From an uncultured virus (IMG/VR IMGVR_UViG_3300029305_007310) (Duplodnaviria > Heunggongvirae > Uroviricota > Caudoviricetes): DNA of 64,000 bases. Numbering within the stretch: the stretch's first letter is position 1; the number at the start of each line of letters is the position of its first letter. Below the pieces are notes generated by a model that saw only the letters and a program-made list of their open reading frames with translations, had not been told where the DNA came from and ran no database searches. Shown here piece by piece: positions 52,914-63,489 of this stretch. The stretch is from positions 1 through 64,000 of the IMG/VR virus record IMGVR_UViG_3300029305_007310; one strand, written 5' to 3'. Position numbers and translations under genes: made by a program.

Positions 52914-53316
52914 GTGGCATAACGGTGCGCTGCCGATTAGAAACGCAATGGATGAAGCGGGTAAAATGCTAACAGATGAGCAGGCAATGTTTATCCCTGT
53001 ATTATATAGATCTTGGGAAAGCGATATCAATTACACAGTTGATGATCGCAGACTGTATAAAGGCGTGTTGTATAAATGTCTACAGCCGCATATAGCACAA
53101 GCTAACTGGAATCCTGCGGATACCCCTTCTTTATGGGCAAAAATGTTAACCAGCGAGACAGGAGAAATTCTGCCATGGGAGCAGCCGGACAGCACCAATG
53201 GATATAAATTAGGTGATAAAGTGACTCATAATGGAGAAACGTGGGAATGCACAGGTGTTGATGCTGGCGGCAATAATATCTGGGAGCCTGGAGTGTATGG
53301 GTGGACGGTTATATAA
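52906..53316 (+). CDS. Carbohydrate-binding module protein (CBM5/12-like repeats)
   Basis: YTVDDRRLYKGVLYKCLQPH and YKLGDKVTHNGETW...WEPGVYGW. Confidence 0.75.
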   Translation: MSKWHNGALPIRNAMDEAGKMLTDEQAMFIPVLYRSWESDINYTVDDRRLYKGVLYKCLQPHIAQANWNPADTPSLWAKMLTSETGEILPWEQPDSTNGYKLGDKVTHNGETWECTGVDAGGNNIWEPGVYGWTVI

Positions 53317-53400
53317 CCTTATAAATCATTTATTAACAATAATGAAAGGCCTAAACGGGTCTTTTTTATTGTAATAAAACCAGAAAGGAGGTGACGGATA

Positions 53401-54141
53401 TTGCAACACTTGGTTAATGTTTTCTTTGGAGAAGCTGGGCAAAAAGGGACTTTTACTGTTCAGCAGGGCGAATACAACAGCCGTGAAATTATTTGTGCTC
53501 TCTGGCAAAAGATGCCGGGTGGTGGTCAGTTACCAATGCGTACAGACGAAATTACGGTAATGGTTGTGTTTAAACACGGTACAGTAACCACGCCTCCTTA
53601 TGCTACAACAATTATTGGAGATAATGAGATTTCGTTTGTTTTGCCACAATCTGTGATGGCTGCTGCTGGTAAGGCTGAGATGCAGCTTAATGTTTATGGA
53701 GACGACAGTCTTCTTAACAGCGCAATTGTGCCATTTAAGGTTTTAGCATCAATTACTCCTGCAACTGTGGGTCAGCCTGATGTTGAACCTGGATTGCTTG
53801 GGATTTTACAGCAGGTGCGTACAGTTTTAAATAAGGCTGAGCGTGCTGAAAAGGCGCGTGAAGAAGCAGAACGAGATCGAGCGAAAACATTTGAAGAGTG
53901 GAAGAAAATCATTGAAGACCTAGGTGAAGGGACTGCCTCAGTATTTAATGCTGAAACGAGGTACGATTTCCCTTCTGTCGGGTCGCCTAATGTTATTTAT
54001 AAAGCTGAGAGTGAGCGAAAAATTTATCAATGGAATAGCGATGAGCTTAAATACGAAGCTTTGAATTCTGCAGAAACGACAGAAGAGCTGAATATTAAGG
54101 TCATCTATGGAGGTGATGCAAGTGGAACAGTTGGTAACTAG
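53401..54141 (+). CDS. BppU-like upper baseplate protein
   Basis: QQGEYNSR...AAGKAEMQL N-domain, coiled coil, FPSVG tail. Confidence 0.65.
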   Translation: MQHLVNVFFGEAGQKGTFTVQQGEYNSREIICALWQKMPGGGQLPMRTDEITVMVVFKHGTVTTPPYATTIIGDNEISFVLPQSVMAAAGKAEMQLNVYGDDSLLNSAIVPFKVLASITPATVGQPDVEPGLLGILQQVRTVLNKAERAEKAREEAERDRAKTFEEWKKIIEDLGEGTASVFNAETRYDFPSVGSPNVIYKAESERKIYQWNSDELKYEALNSAETTEELNIKVIYGGDASGTVGN

Positions 54142-55387
54142 ATTTATACTCAGAAATGACGCGACCGTAAACTGGGCCGCAAACGTCGATAAGGTTCTCC
54201 TTAAGGGTGAGCCTGCGTTTGAATTCCTTGCAGATGGCACAGTCAAGATGAAAGTTGGCGATGGTGTTAGCACCTGGGGGGAACTGCCTTATTTTGCTGG
54301 TGGGGAAAGCTACAGTGTTGAAGAGCTTGAAGCCGCTGTAAAGAAAGCGGAGCAGGATATTGCTACCCTGCAGGCGGTTGTAACTCCTGCAGAGGGCGTA
54401 CCGCTTCTGACTCGACTGGAGTTTTTGGAGAATAAGGTCGGTGTAGAAGATGATACAACAATCGACGCCCAGATTGATGCCAAGATTAATGAGTTTGCAG
54501 CTCGTGTGTCTGATGATGGCACGATCAACACTATCAAAGAATTGATTGATTATGTAGCTGAGCATGGGGCAGAGTTTGCCAATGTTACTGCTGATGTAAA
54601 GTCTCTGAGAGATCTTATTGGCACTACGCCTGTTTCTGAACAGGTTATGGCTGCTATCAATGGCAGCGAAAGCAAGGCTAAGGCCCTGTTCGAGCATATG
54701 AAGTACGAAGTGACCAGCAAACCTGCGGGAGCACTTGTAAGCTATCGTGATCATGAAATTCGCGTGATGTGCCCTGCAGATACTGCGTGGGAACATCAGC
54801 AAGTTGGTGGTACTGGTAACGCCAACTTGTATTACATGGGCTTTAAGGCGTATGCTCCTGATGGCGCTGTGAGTTTCAAGGAAGATACTGCTGAAATTAT
54901 CACGGACGAAACCATGTACCTGTTTGAAAACAATGATTTTGCTGGCGTTGACGCCTATGGTCGCAAGTATAGCATTGTGTGGCTGCCTCTCGCGTCCTAT
55001 GATGAGACAGCTCAGACGTGGACATATTATGGCACCAAGTCTAGTAAAGAGCGCTATATTGGCTGGTATTACTCCGTGGAGTGGTACGATGCCAATGGTG
55101 TGATGATTGATTCTGATATGATTCGTATCAATCTGAGCAACGAAGAGTGCCACAATGCAGTTGAGCCTTATTACATGGGCAATGTGGTCAAGGAAGTCAG
55201 CGTTAATGGTGTAACGCTTGCGAAGGAAAACGGCAAGGTCAACATTGAAACTGACGATATGCTCAAGTCTTCTGAGGAAGTAATCGTTAACGAGGACGGC
55301 ACTCTTGCGCTTGGTACGATTTCTCTTGCCAAGATCGCAACTAACGATGGCACTACGCTGGTACTCAATGGCGGTAACGCTGGTTAA
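54122..55387 (+). CDS. Tail fibre protein with hyaluronidase/Mtd-type N-terminal domain
   Basis: LRNDAT..W..LLKGE..KVGDG..W.ELPY; DTIKELIDYV-like repeat. Confidence 0.7.
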   Translation: MEQLVTRFILRNDATVNWAANVDKVLLKGEPAFEFLADGTVKMKVGDGVSTWGELPYFAGGESYSVEELEAAVKKAEQDIATLQAVVTPAEGVPLLTRLEFLENKVGVEDDTTIDAQIDAKINEFAARVSDDGTINTIKELIDYVAEHGAEFANVTADVKSLRDLIGTTPVSEQVMAAINGSESKAKALFEHMKYEVTSKPAGALVSYRDHEIRVMCPADTAWEHQQVGGTGNANLYYMGFKAYAPDGAVSFKEDTAEIITDETMYLFENNDFAGVDAYGRKYSIVWLPLASYDETAQTWTYYGTKSSKERYIGWYYSVEWYDANGVMIDSDMIRINLSNEECHNAVEPYYMGNVVKEVSVNGVTLAKENGKVNIETDDMLKSSEEVIVNEDGTLALGTISLAKIATNDGTTLVLNGGNAG

Positions 55388-55460
55388 TAAAACTAAATTA
55401 CTTTGTCTGAAGCGGCTTAAAAGCCGTTTTTGTTTATTTATGAAAGGAAGTGCTTAAATT

Positions 55461-57116
55461 ATGGCTACTACTACTTTTAATAATATTCGTCTTCAGCTCA
55501 AGTATGATTCTTATGCCAATTGGCTTAACAGCTCTCTAATCCTGAATCCTGGTGAAATTGGTATTTGCACTATTCCTGCTGAGACTAATGCTATTCGTCA
55601 GGAGCCTGCTGTTATTATCAAGGTTGGTGACGGTGAGCATCTGTATAAGGATCTGCCGGTTTTGAGTGCAAAATCAGGAGATGTGGCATCCTGGGCCCTG
55701 GCCGAGAACAAGCCTGCTTACGAAGCTAAGGAAATCACTGGTATTGACGCCTACATCGCTGGTTATGTTAATGAGCAGATGGGCATCTCTGTTGACACTG
55801 ACACCCAGTACCAGATTGTGACCGTTGACGCTTACACCTGCAAGCTTCAGTCCAAGGGTAAGACCGATGAAGCTTGGGCCGATGTGTCTACTATCACCAT
55901 GCCCAATGACACTGCTGCTATCGACGCTCTGAAGGCCCTTGTTGGTACCGAGAATGTTGCTAAGCAGATTGGTGATGCTATCACTGCCCTGGATCTGGCC
56001 AACACTTATGCCGCAAAGTCTCATACCCATGAGATGGGCGAGGTGAACGGTCTGACCGAGGCTCTGGCTGGCAAGCAGGCTGCTGGCGATTATGCCACCA
56101 AGGCCGAGGCTCAGGGCTATGCCGATGCCAAGGACGAAGCTATTGCTGCCGCTAAGAAGGCTGGCGACGATGCTCAGGGTGCCGTTGACGCTCTGGCTGG
56201 AAAGGTTGGCGAAGTGCCTGCCGACAAGACTGTTGTGCAGATGATCAACGAGGCCCAGACCGCTGCTACTTATGACGACACTCAGGTGAAGGCTGACATC
56301 AAGGCCAACGCTGATGCCATTGACGCCATTGAGGAAGACTACCTGAAGAATACCGATAAGGAAGAGCTGCAGGGCGCTATCAACACCGAAAAGGGTCGTG
56401 TTGACACCCTGGTTGGCAACGACGCTAACAAATCCGTGCGTACTATTGCAGCCGAAGAGCTGGCTGCTCAGTTGATCGCTGAAAACGCTCAGGAAGCGCT
56501 GGACACTTTGGGCGAGATTGCCGCTTGGATTCAGGCGCATCCCGGCGATGCCGCCGCCATGAACAGGGCCATCGATGACCTTGAAGCTCTGGTTGGCACT
56601 CTGCCTGAAGGCGCTACCGCCACTACCGTTGTGGACTATGTGAATGAAATGATTGCTGGCCTGAAGATTGGTGATTATGCCAAGGCTGCTGATCTGACTG
56701 CCGCAGTTGGCCGCATTGCTGCTCTGGAAGCCAATGTCGATAAGTGGAATGCCGCTGAACAGAATGCCAAGGACTATGCTGATGGTCTGAATACCACCAT
56801 GGATGGTCGTGTGCAGGCTGTTGAGGGCAAGGCCCACGAGCACGCCAACAAAGAACTGCTTGATACTTACACTCAGACTGAAACCAACCTTGCTGACGCT
56901 GTTGCTAAGAAGCATGAACACGAGAATGCTGGCGTTCTGAATGGCATTACTGCCGAGAAGGTAGCCGCTTGGGATGCCGCTGAACAGAATGCCAAAGATT
57001 ACACTGATGAGCTGGAAGGCGAGCTTTCTGCCGTTGCGAAGAGCGGCAATGTTAATGATCTGATTCAGACCACTGGTGACGTCCTTATCCTTGACTGCGG
57101 AAACTCTGAGGCATAA
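55461..57116 (+). CDS. Long coiled-coil tail fibre protein
   Basis: LNPGE..KVGDG N-domain; LDTLGEIAAWI; AAEQNAKDY repeats; highly expressed codon style. Confidence 0.75.
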   Translation: MATTTFNNIRLQLKYDSYANWLNSSLILNPGEIGICTIPAETNAIRQEPAVIIKVGDGEHLYKDLPVLSAKSGDVASWALAENKPAYEAKEITGIDAYIAGYVNEQMGISVDTDTQYQIVTVDAYTCKLQSKGKTDEAWADVSTITMPNDTAAIDALKALVGTENVAKQIGDAITALDLANTYAAKSHTHEMGEVNGLTEALAGKQAAGDYATKAEAQGYADAKDEAIAAAKKAGDDAQGAVDALAGKVGEVPADKTVVQMINEAQTAATYDDTQVKADIKANADAIDAIEEDYLKNTDKEELQGAINTEKGRVDTLVGNDANKSVRTIAAEELAAQLIAENAQEALDTLGEIAAWIQAHPGDAAAMNRAIDDLEALVGTLPEGATATTVVDYVNEMIAGLKIGDYAKAADLTAAVGRIAALEANVDKWNAAEQNAKDYADGLNTTMDGRVQAVEGKAHEHANKELLDTYTQTETNLADAVAKKHEHENAGVLNGITAEKVAAWDAAEQNAKDYTDELEGELSAVAKSGNVNDLIQTTGDVLILDCGNSEA

Positions 57117-57145
57117 ACAAACTAATTAAACAGACGATTACACAC

Positions 57146-57180
57146 GGGGTGATGGGTTAATTCCATCACCCCTTTAACTT
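57146..57180 (+). terminator. Terminator-like hairpin
   Basis: GGGGTGATGG...CCATCACCCC TTT. Confidence 0.55.
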
Positions 57181-57262
57181 TGCAAATAACGGGGCGGTTG
57201 AAATGGATACCGCCTCGCCCTCTTACGATTTGAAAATGAAAATTGGATTGGAGGAAATATAG

Positions 57263-58177
57263 ATGACTGAGAAAAGATTTCGCTCACGAGTAATCAATAA
57301 ACACGATATAGAAGCAAATTGGAAGCTTGCGGTTAATTTTAAGCCGCTAATTGGAGAATGGATTGTGTATGATCCAGATGAAAACTATGATTACGCCCGA
57401 TTTAAAATGGGCGATGGTGAGACATTTGTAAATGATTTGCCGTTTTGTAATGACGTAATTACTGAAGAGGATGTAGACCTGATGGTTGGTTATCCTGTTG
57501 GTAATTTGCCTGAGAACGATCAGGAATCCATCGTGCAGCAGGTCATTGCTGCGCTTGGTACGCCTGTGTTTGGTCGTGTGGAGGATGACAAGGATATCAT
57601 CCTGACGGCAACTAATCTTGCTGCAGGGACGTATACCTACTATTTCGAGGATGCAAACGGAGAGCGGAGACTCATTGGTACTGATGCCGTCGCAGAAGAG
57701 CCGAAGTACACCAACGTTATCCCGTTGTCCATCGCGGCAGATGGAACGCAGTTTGTGGGAGCAAATGGCGAAGACGGCTATAAAACAGGTACGCGCATAA
57801 ATTCTTCGGGTGTCGAAGTAAGCGCAAATACGATTGTCACGGGCTATATCCCTGCAACTGTAGCTGATAAGTTCTATTTTTACGATATTGATCTTTCTGC
57901 CGATTCCAATAAATACCACAAGATTGCTATATACGATGAAAATTTCACTTTTCTAAGTGGTTGGGATGTGATGAGCATGTATAACGCCAAAGATAGTGAA
58001 CAAGTCATTGCGGAGGGTGTTTCTTTTGATGAAAATGGAATACTTGCCACATACAGTCCGCTGGCGTTTAGATATGCTGTCGGTTCAACTGTTGTGAATA
58101 AAACTGCTTATATTCGCGTGTGCGCGGGAACTATTAACGAAAACTCTGTTATCACCAAAAATGAGCCGATTGTGTAA
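57263..58177 (+). CDS. Tail-associated protein (KxGDG N-domain plus beta-rich C-domain)
   Basis: FKMGDG motif; C-domain similar to that of 59219-61015. Confidence 0.7.
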   Translation: MTEKRFRSRVINKHDIEANWKLAVNFKPLIGEWIVYDPDENYDYARFKMGDGETFVNDLPFCNDVITEEDVDLMVGYPVGNLPENDQESIVQQVIAALGTPVFGRVEDDKDIILTATNLAAGTYTYYFEDANGERRLIGTDAVAEEPKYTNVIPLSIAADGTQFVGANGEDGYKTGTRINSSGVEVSANTIVTGYIPATVADKFYFYDIDLSADSNKYHKIAIYDENFTFLSGWDVMSMYNAKDSEQVIAEGVSFDENGILATYSPLAFRYAVGSTVVNKTAYIRVCAGTINENSVITKNEPIV

Positions 58178-58189
58178 GGTGGTGAAGTT

Positions 58190-59194
58190 ATGTCGTACAA
58201 ACATTTTATACCACAAAATGTCGCGCCATTGGGAGTAAGACGTATCGGCATCTATAACGCACAGGGAAACCGAGTAGGGCAAATCCCGCTCGGCTCCCTT
58301 ACACCACCGAATCCGCACAAAAAGCTGTACAGTTTCGGTGCTCTGTCTGATGTGCATGTTGTGTACGTTACGGCGGCTACGGATTTTGAAAGAGCGTTGG
58401 ATTATATGAACGAAAACGAGGACGTGGCTTTTACCTGCATTGCTGGCGATCTTACAGATGACGGAACGGCTGCACAGCTTGCCCAGTATAAAGCGGTTGT
58501 TGATGCTCATTCGCCTGATACGCCTGTATACGCCATTGCGGGAAACCATGAAAAGTATTCTGAACAACCGACGTTAATTCAACAGTACACAGGACAGCCC
58601 TTGTATTACAGTTTCGCGCATGGCGATGACGTGTTCCTGATGTGCGGATGCTATTCGTGGTCAAACGATGGTGTGTTCACAAAAGGCTATCTGCAATGGA
58701 TTTACGAAACGCTTGAAGCCAACAGGAACAAGCGGTGCTTTATCTTTGAGCATGTGTTCCCTTGGGGTGACAGCGGAAATCCGGGCGAACTGTATCACTT
58801 CGATATGTTCACCGGAACGAAGGGGAGTGTATTTCAATCGCTTCTCCGACACTATAAGAACACGGTGTTGTTTCACGGACATTCTCACACAAAGTTCGAG
58901 CTGCAAAGCGTGGATGATAAGGCGAATTACAGTGATGCACTTGATTATCGGTCTGTACATATTCCGAGCCTTGCTGTTCCTCGCGATATTGGCGATGGCG
59001 AACTTGCGAATATCTACTCTGAATCCGAGGGCTATGTCGTAGATGTGTACAAAGACGGTATCCATCTTCGCGGCAGGGACTTTGTGAAGGGAGAGTTTCT
59101 CCCGATTGCGTCTTACTGGATTGATACCACGTTGCAGACCGTTGAGGCAGGAACCTACACCGATCCCACAGGGGTCATCATGACACAACCCTAA
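58190..59194 (+). CDS. Calcineurin-like metallophosphoesterase
   Basis: SDVH, AGDL, GNHE, EH and HGHSH motifs. Confidence 0.88.
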   Translation: MSYKHFIPQNVAPLGVRRIGIYNAQGNRVGQIPLGSLTPPNPHKKLYSFGALSDVHVVYVTAATDFERALDYMNENEDVAFTCIAGDLTDDGTAAQLAQYKAVVDAHSPDTPVYAIAGNHEKYSEQPTLIQQYTGQPLYYSFAHGDDVFLMCGCYSWSNDGVFTKGYLQWIYETLEANRNKRCFIFEHVFPWGDSGNPGELYHFDMFTGTKGSVFQSLLRHYKNTVLFHGHSHTKFELQSVDDKANYSDALDYRSVHIPSLAVPRDIGDGELANIYSESEGYVVDVYKDGIHLRGRDFVKGEFLPIASYWIDTTLQTVEAGTYTDPTGVIMTQP

Positions 59195-59218
59195 ATTGAA
59201 GAAAGGCGAGTGAAATAA

Positions 59219-61015
59219 ATGGCTTTTTTAGGAAACGAAGCATTGCAACGACTTTGGGCGCACACGATCTCAAGGATCAGCTCGAAGGCCGATGAGATAA
59301 AAACATGGGTATCACAACAAAAAGTAAGCGCGTTTGAAAACGATGCTGGGTATCTGACTGAGCACCAGGACATCAGCGGCAAACTGGACGCGGACAAACT
59401 GCCAGAGGCTATCAACAACGCTCTTGCTCAGGCGGCGGAATCTGGGGAGTTTAATGGGGAACCGGGTTATTCGCCGGTGCGCGGAACGGACTACTGGACA
59501 CCTGCCGATCAGGAAGCAATCACGGAGGAAGTCAGTAATCAGCTATCTTTGGAGATTGGGGTCGTGCCAGAATACGTCAAGGCTGAAGCGGAATCTGTGA
59601 TCGAGCGTGTGAGTGCCGCGCAGGCTGGCAGGACGTTCACCTTTGCGGCAATCACTGATTTGCACTATGGCAACGGCGGTTATACGGACGGCGTACTGCA
59701 TTCATGTCAGGCTCTCAAATACATTGACGAGCGGCTGAAACTGGATGCTGTGGCTGTGCTGGGTGACTACACTGACGGATATCCTGCGGACGGGCTGGCG
59801 AATGCGTTCGGTGATTTCCGTGCTGTAAATGCAGTGCTGAATGATCTGCGGTTTGCGCCGAATCTGCGCACTCAAGGCAATCATGACTACTATGCAGACA
59901 ATGCGCCAAAAATCCGCAGGCACATCCAGGCGTACTCCGAGGATGTTGTATGGGGCGATATTGCTGGCGGCTACTACCACAAGGATTTCGATGCGTACAA
60001 GCTGCGTGTTATTGTCCTCAACACTACCGAGACAGGGAATGCAAACATTGACTGCACGACCGCACAGTATCAGTGGTTTGCAGACACACTCGACCTGAGC
60101 GCCAAAGAAGACGCTGAAGAATGGCAAATCCTTGTTCTGTCCCATCATCCGCTGGACTGGTATCACATTGATGAAAGCTATGCGCTTGCCAGAATCGCCA
60201 ACGCCTATCGTGAGGGAACAGCCTATTCCATCACCGGAGTTTCCTGCGATTTCTCCGACGGCAAAAATGCTGCTGTACTTATCGGCAACATTCACGGCCA
60301 TATCCACAATCTGCTTGTGGACAAGGTGCATATCGGCAATGTGGTAAACGGCGTTAAGAGCGAGGTAGACCGTATGGCAACGCCCGAATCCTGCATCAAC
60401 CGTGCGAACCAGTACACGGGCGCATGGCAGGAAGAAACGAGCTATCACAAGACCATCGGCACGGCAGAAGATACGTCATTTGTGATCTACTGCATTGACC
60501 TCGACACCTACACGATACAGGCTGTGTGCTATGGCGCAGGCTATGACAGGACACTGACGTATTATGTGGCTAAAAACGGATATACAAATCAGATCCCTAT
60601 TTCCGTTGATTCCGCCGGTGCTGTGTATAACGGGACGGGATACAAGGCCGATTACCGTTTAAACTCATCGGGCACAGAAACGGAACTTGCTGGTACGGGT
60701 GTTACCGGCTTTATTCCGGTCAAGCGACTTGATGTAGTGCGGATGGAAAACATTTCCTACAAGCCCGGTGTCGATAGTACTGGCGACTATATTGCACTGT
60801 ATGATTCCGACTTTACGAAAACGGTAACAATCAAGTCTCCATATGTTGCATCTCATGACTATGTACTCGGCTCCAGGGTGCTGGATGATGACGGCAACTT
60901 GATTCAGTTTACAATGTCCGACAGCGCAGACGCTGGCCATGCGTATATGCGAGTATCTTGCGCTGGCCTTGGCGCTGAATCGATCATCACAGTGAACGAG
61001 GAGATCACAGAATAA
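59219..61015 (+). CDS. Metallophosphoesterase fused to tail-fibre-like N-terminus and beta-rich C-domain
   Basis: GYLTEHQDISGK and PVRGTDYWT; TDLH, LGD, GNHD, SHH and HGHIH. Confidence 0.85.
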   Translation: MAFLGNEALQRLWAHTISRISSKADEIKTWVSQQKVSAFENDAGYLTEHQDISGKLDADKLPEAINNALAQAAESGEFNGEPGYSPVRGTDYWTPADQEAITEEVSNQLSLEIGVVPEYVKAEAESVIERVSAAQAGRTFTFAAITDLHYGNGGYTDGVLHSCQALKYIDERLKLDAVAVLGDYTDGYPADGLANAFGDFRAVNAVLNDLRFAPNLRTQGNHDYYADNAPKIRRHIQAYSEDVVWGDIAGGYYHKDFDAYKLRVIVLNTTETGNANIDCTTAQYQWFADTLDLSAKEDAEEWQILVLSHHPLDWYHIDESYALARIANAYREGTAYSITGVSCDFSDGKNAAVLIGNIHGHIHNLLVDKVHIGNVVNGVKSEVDRMATPESCINRANQYTGAWQEETSYHKTIGTAEDTSFVIYCIDLDTYTIQAVCYGAGYDRTLTYYVAKNGYTNQIPISVDSAGAVYNGTGYKADYRLNSSGTETELAGTGVTGFIPVKRLDVVRMENISYKPGVDSTGDYIALYDSDFTKTVTIKSPYVASHDYVLGSRVLDDDGNLIQFTMSDSADAGHAYMRVSCAGLGAESIITVNEEITE

Positions 61016-61051
61016 CTATCAGGAATGATTGTGACGTAAGGAGGTACGCTT

Positions 61052-61141
61052 GTGATGAGCTTATGGCATTTGGTGTGGATCATCCCGCTGTCGGGTGGTA
61101 TTGGGTTATTCGCTGCGGCTATTTTAAAAATGAGCGATTGA
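61052..61141 (+). CDS. Small single-TM peptide
   Basis: AAGGAGGT RBS; MMSLWHLVWIIPLSGGIGLFAAAILKMSD. Confidence 0.5.
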   Translation: MMSLWHLVWIIPLSGGIGLFAAAILKMSD

Positions 61142-61193
61142 ATTATATGTTTATTTTGGATTAACGATAACGCACGGTGAAAAGGGTGAGTGT

Positions 61194-62096
61194 ATGATAA
61201 CAGGACAGCAATTGGCGCAAATGGGCGTCGAATTGGCGACTGGCAAGCGTATTGATTATGATGATGTAGACTGCCAAGCTTTTGTGGAGTTGATATTTGA
61301 CGAGTGCGGGAAGGACATTAGTTATTCTGGCAGCAATGATATGTACCGCAATGCGTGCAGTTGGATAGGGACAATTGAAGAAGCAAAAAGAATTGGCTAT
61401 CTCGTTCCAGGGGTAGCCCTTTTCATCCATTCTTTTAACGGTGGTGAACCAGAGAAATATCGCAAGGATGGAAAGGGTAACGCAGAACATGTAGGCCTTT
61501 ACGTTGGAGAAAATGCTCTGGAAGACACTGATAAAAATGGGGAGTGGAGAATTTGCAATGTTGTTCATTCTTCTGCGTCTATGGATCGTGTTGCTGGGTC
61601 TACACTAAAAAATGGATGGACACATGTTGGATTATGGAAACAAATCGATTATGGTATCCAGATCCAAAACAGTGAAAATGGCATATTGGAGAATTCCATG
61701 ATTGGAGATGAAAAAATGGCAATTGAAGAGAGTTTTATTTATGCGACTGTAAAGACAGCAAATGGTAGCCCCTTGAATTTCCGCACCAAGAAAAGCACAA
61801 AAGCTGATTTAGTGGCGCGTGTGCCGGAAATCACCAATGGAGCTCGTGTGAAAGTATTGCGCGATGACGGTGATTGGTGCAAAATTTCCTACAATGGCTA
61901 TAACGGTTATGTTTTAAGCGAGTTCCTTAACTTTGCTAATACTGTTAAGGAAGAGGCAGAGTGGGTAGATCAGACAATTGGCGATATGGATGATAAAGCA
62001 AAATTCTACCGCGTCTATGTTGATTTTACTACAAAGGATGAGGCTCTTGTTTTCCAAAAAGCTATGCAAGGGTGCCAAGTAGGTTCAGTAAAATAA
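61194..62096 (+). CDS. Endolysin, NlpC/P60-like peptidase plus SH3b domain
   Basis: DCQAFV, HVGLY and VVHSS; LNFR...WCKISYNGYNGYV. Confidence 0.85.
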   Translation: MITGQQLAQMGVELATGKRIDYDDVDCQAFVELIFDECGKDISYSGSNDMYRNACSWIGTIEEAKRIGYLVPGVALFIHSFNGGEPEKYRKDGKGNAEHVGLYVGENALEDTDKNGEWRICNVVHSSASMDRVAGSTLKNGWTHVGLWKQIDYGIQIQNSENGILENSMIGDEKMAIEESFIYATVKTANGSPLNFRTKKSTKADLVARVPEITNGARVKVLRDDGDWCKISYNGYNGYVLSEFLNFANTVKEEAEWVDQTIGDMDDKAKFYRVYVDFTTKDEALVFQKAMQGCQVGSVK

Positions 62097-62109
62097 GAAA
62101 GATGGGTGA

Positions 62110-62655
62110 GTGGGAGTGGAAGAGGTGGTTAAATGGTTATCAGGCTGTACTGATACCATGAAAGTTATAATTGAACTTGTCAAAGAAATTGGAATTGTTC
62201 TTGGTTTTTTGGGCACAGCGGTGTTATCATTTCGTAAATGGGTGATGAAGCCACTGGAGGCCGCTATTGAAGAGCAGAAAAAGGCAACAGTGGAGCTGAA
62301 AACAGATTATGAAAATAAAAGAGACGAAGTGCTTAAAGAGGTCGCTGTGCTTAATGGGCGCATTATTGAGAATGACAAGAAAAGCGAAGAGCGTCATGAA
62401 AAACTTCGTGGTGAATTTAAATCTATGCGCTTGGAAATGGGTACAATGCAGGACGATGTTGCTGACGTATTGGGTAATGAGCTCGAAAATGGGCACCACA
62501 AATTCATGACACAGGGTTGGTGTTCGCCTGCTGAAAAGCAACATTATGTTGATCTTCACAAGAGGTATGCAGCTCGTGGGCATAATCATTTGGCTCAACG
62601 CTACGAAGAAGATCTTTTAGAATTGCCGGATCATCCTCCACAGTATAACGGGTAA
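62110..62655 (+). CDS. Membrane-anchored coiled-coil lysis-module protein
   Basis: N-terminal TM segment; YAARGHN motif. Confidence 0.6.
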   Translation: MGVEEVVKWLSGCTDTMKVIIELVKEIGIVLGFLGTAVLSFRKWVMKPLEAAIEEQKKATVELKTDYENKRDEVLKEVAVLNGRIIENDKKSEERHEKLRGEFKSMRLEMGTMQDDVADVLGNELENGHHKFMTQGWCSPAEKQHYVDLHKRYAARGHNHLAQRYEEDLLELPDHPPQYNG

Positions 62656-62664
62656 GGTGATTTC

Positions 62665-62964
62665 ATGGCTGAAAAAACTGAAAAAATTGAAAATGTGAGC
62701 TGGCCAAAGACATCTGACAGGGAGTTTTCCAAGCGGATGTTTATTATTTTTATGTGGGCATTTTTTGCTCATGTTATTTTTACAATCATTGCTGAGTGGC
62801 TGTTTAATGTAGGTGGAAAAGCAGTAGAAGTATTCAAAATTTCAGTGCCAGTTTACACGACGATCTTTGCGGCAGTCATTGTTAAGGGTGGCGTAGAGAA
62901 CGTGTTTAAGGGTCAAAATTTGAAACAAACTACTGTGACTTCAACAACTGCTAACAATGGCTGA
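62665..62964 (+). CDS. Two-TM membrane protein (holin-like)
   Basis: EFSKR followed by two hydrophobic segments. Confidence 0.6.
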   Translation: MAEKTEKIENVSWPKTSDREFSKRMFIIFMWAFFAHVIFTIIAEWLFNVGGKAVEVFKISVPVYTTIFAAVIVKGGVENVFKGQNLKQTTVTSTTANNG

Positions 62965-62981
62965 TGGGAGATGAATAGAAA

Positions 62982-63416
62982 ATGGAATGGTATTATGTTG
63001 TCGCAATTATTGCCGCTTTTGCGCTGTGTGTAGGTGGTTTTGTTTATCTGCGTAAGAAGGGTTATGTAAGTTCTGAACAGATGAACGGTCTTACAAATAT
63101 TATTACTGGTCTTGCTACACTAGTTGGCGAATTAACTAAGAAAAATCAGAATGGCGCTACTGACATTCTTTACAATGTAGTAACACTTGTTCAGCAGGCT
63201 GTACTTGCGGCTGAGAATGACTGGTATAATAATAAAATCAGCAAGGAAGAGCGCAGAGAGCGCTGTATGGATGAATTATATAAGTTGCTTGCTGCTTATG
63301 ATATTGTACTGACAGATTCTCAGTGGAATGTAGTGGATATTTTGGTTCGAGCCGCTTGCGAAGCGATTGGGCATACCACTGAAATTGAAAACCTTGCTGA
63401 GGTAACGGCAGAATAA
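62982..63416 (+). CDS. Holin (LL-H-like)
   Basis: N-terminal TM; QAVLAAE...ILVRAAC pattern. Confidence 0.6.
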   Translation: MEWYYVVAIIAAFALCVGGFVYLRKKGYVSSEQMNGLTNIITGLATLVGELTKKNQNGATDILYNVVTLVQQAVLAAENDWYNNKISKEERRERCMDELYKLLAAYDIVLTDSQWNVVDILVRAACEAIGHTTEIENLAEVTAE

Positions 63417-63489
63417 GTTAGCATGAAAGCGTATTTTAACCCTCCAGATGAGCATACTTTATGTATGAATTCAATGGAGGGTATTTTTT

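Noticed and set aside
51193..61015. Diversity-generating retroelement acting on Mtd-like fibres
   Set aside because: No reverse transcriptase and no template/variable repeat pair seen in this window.
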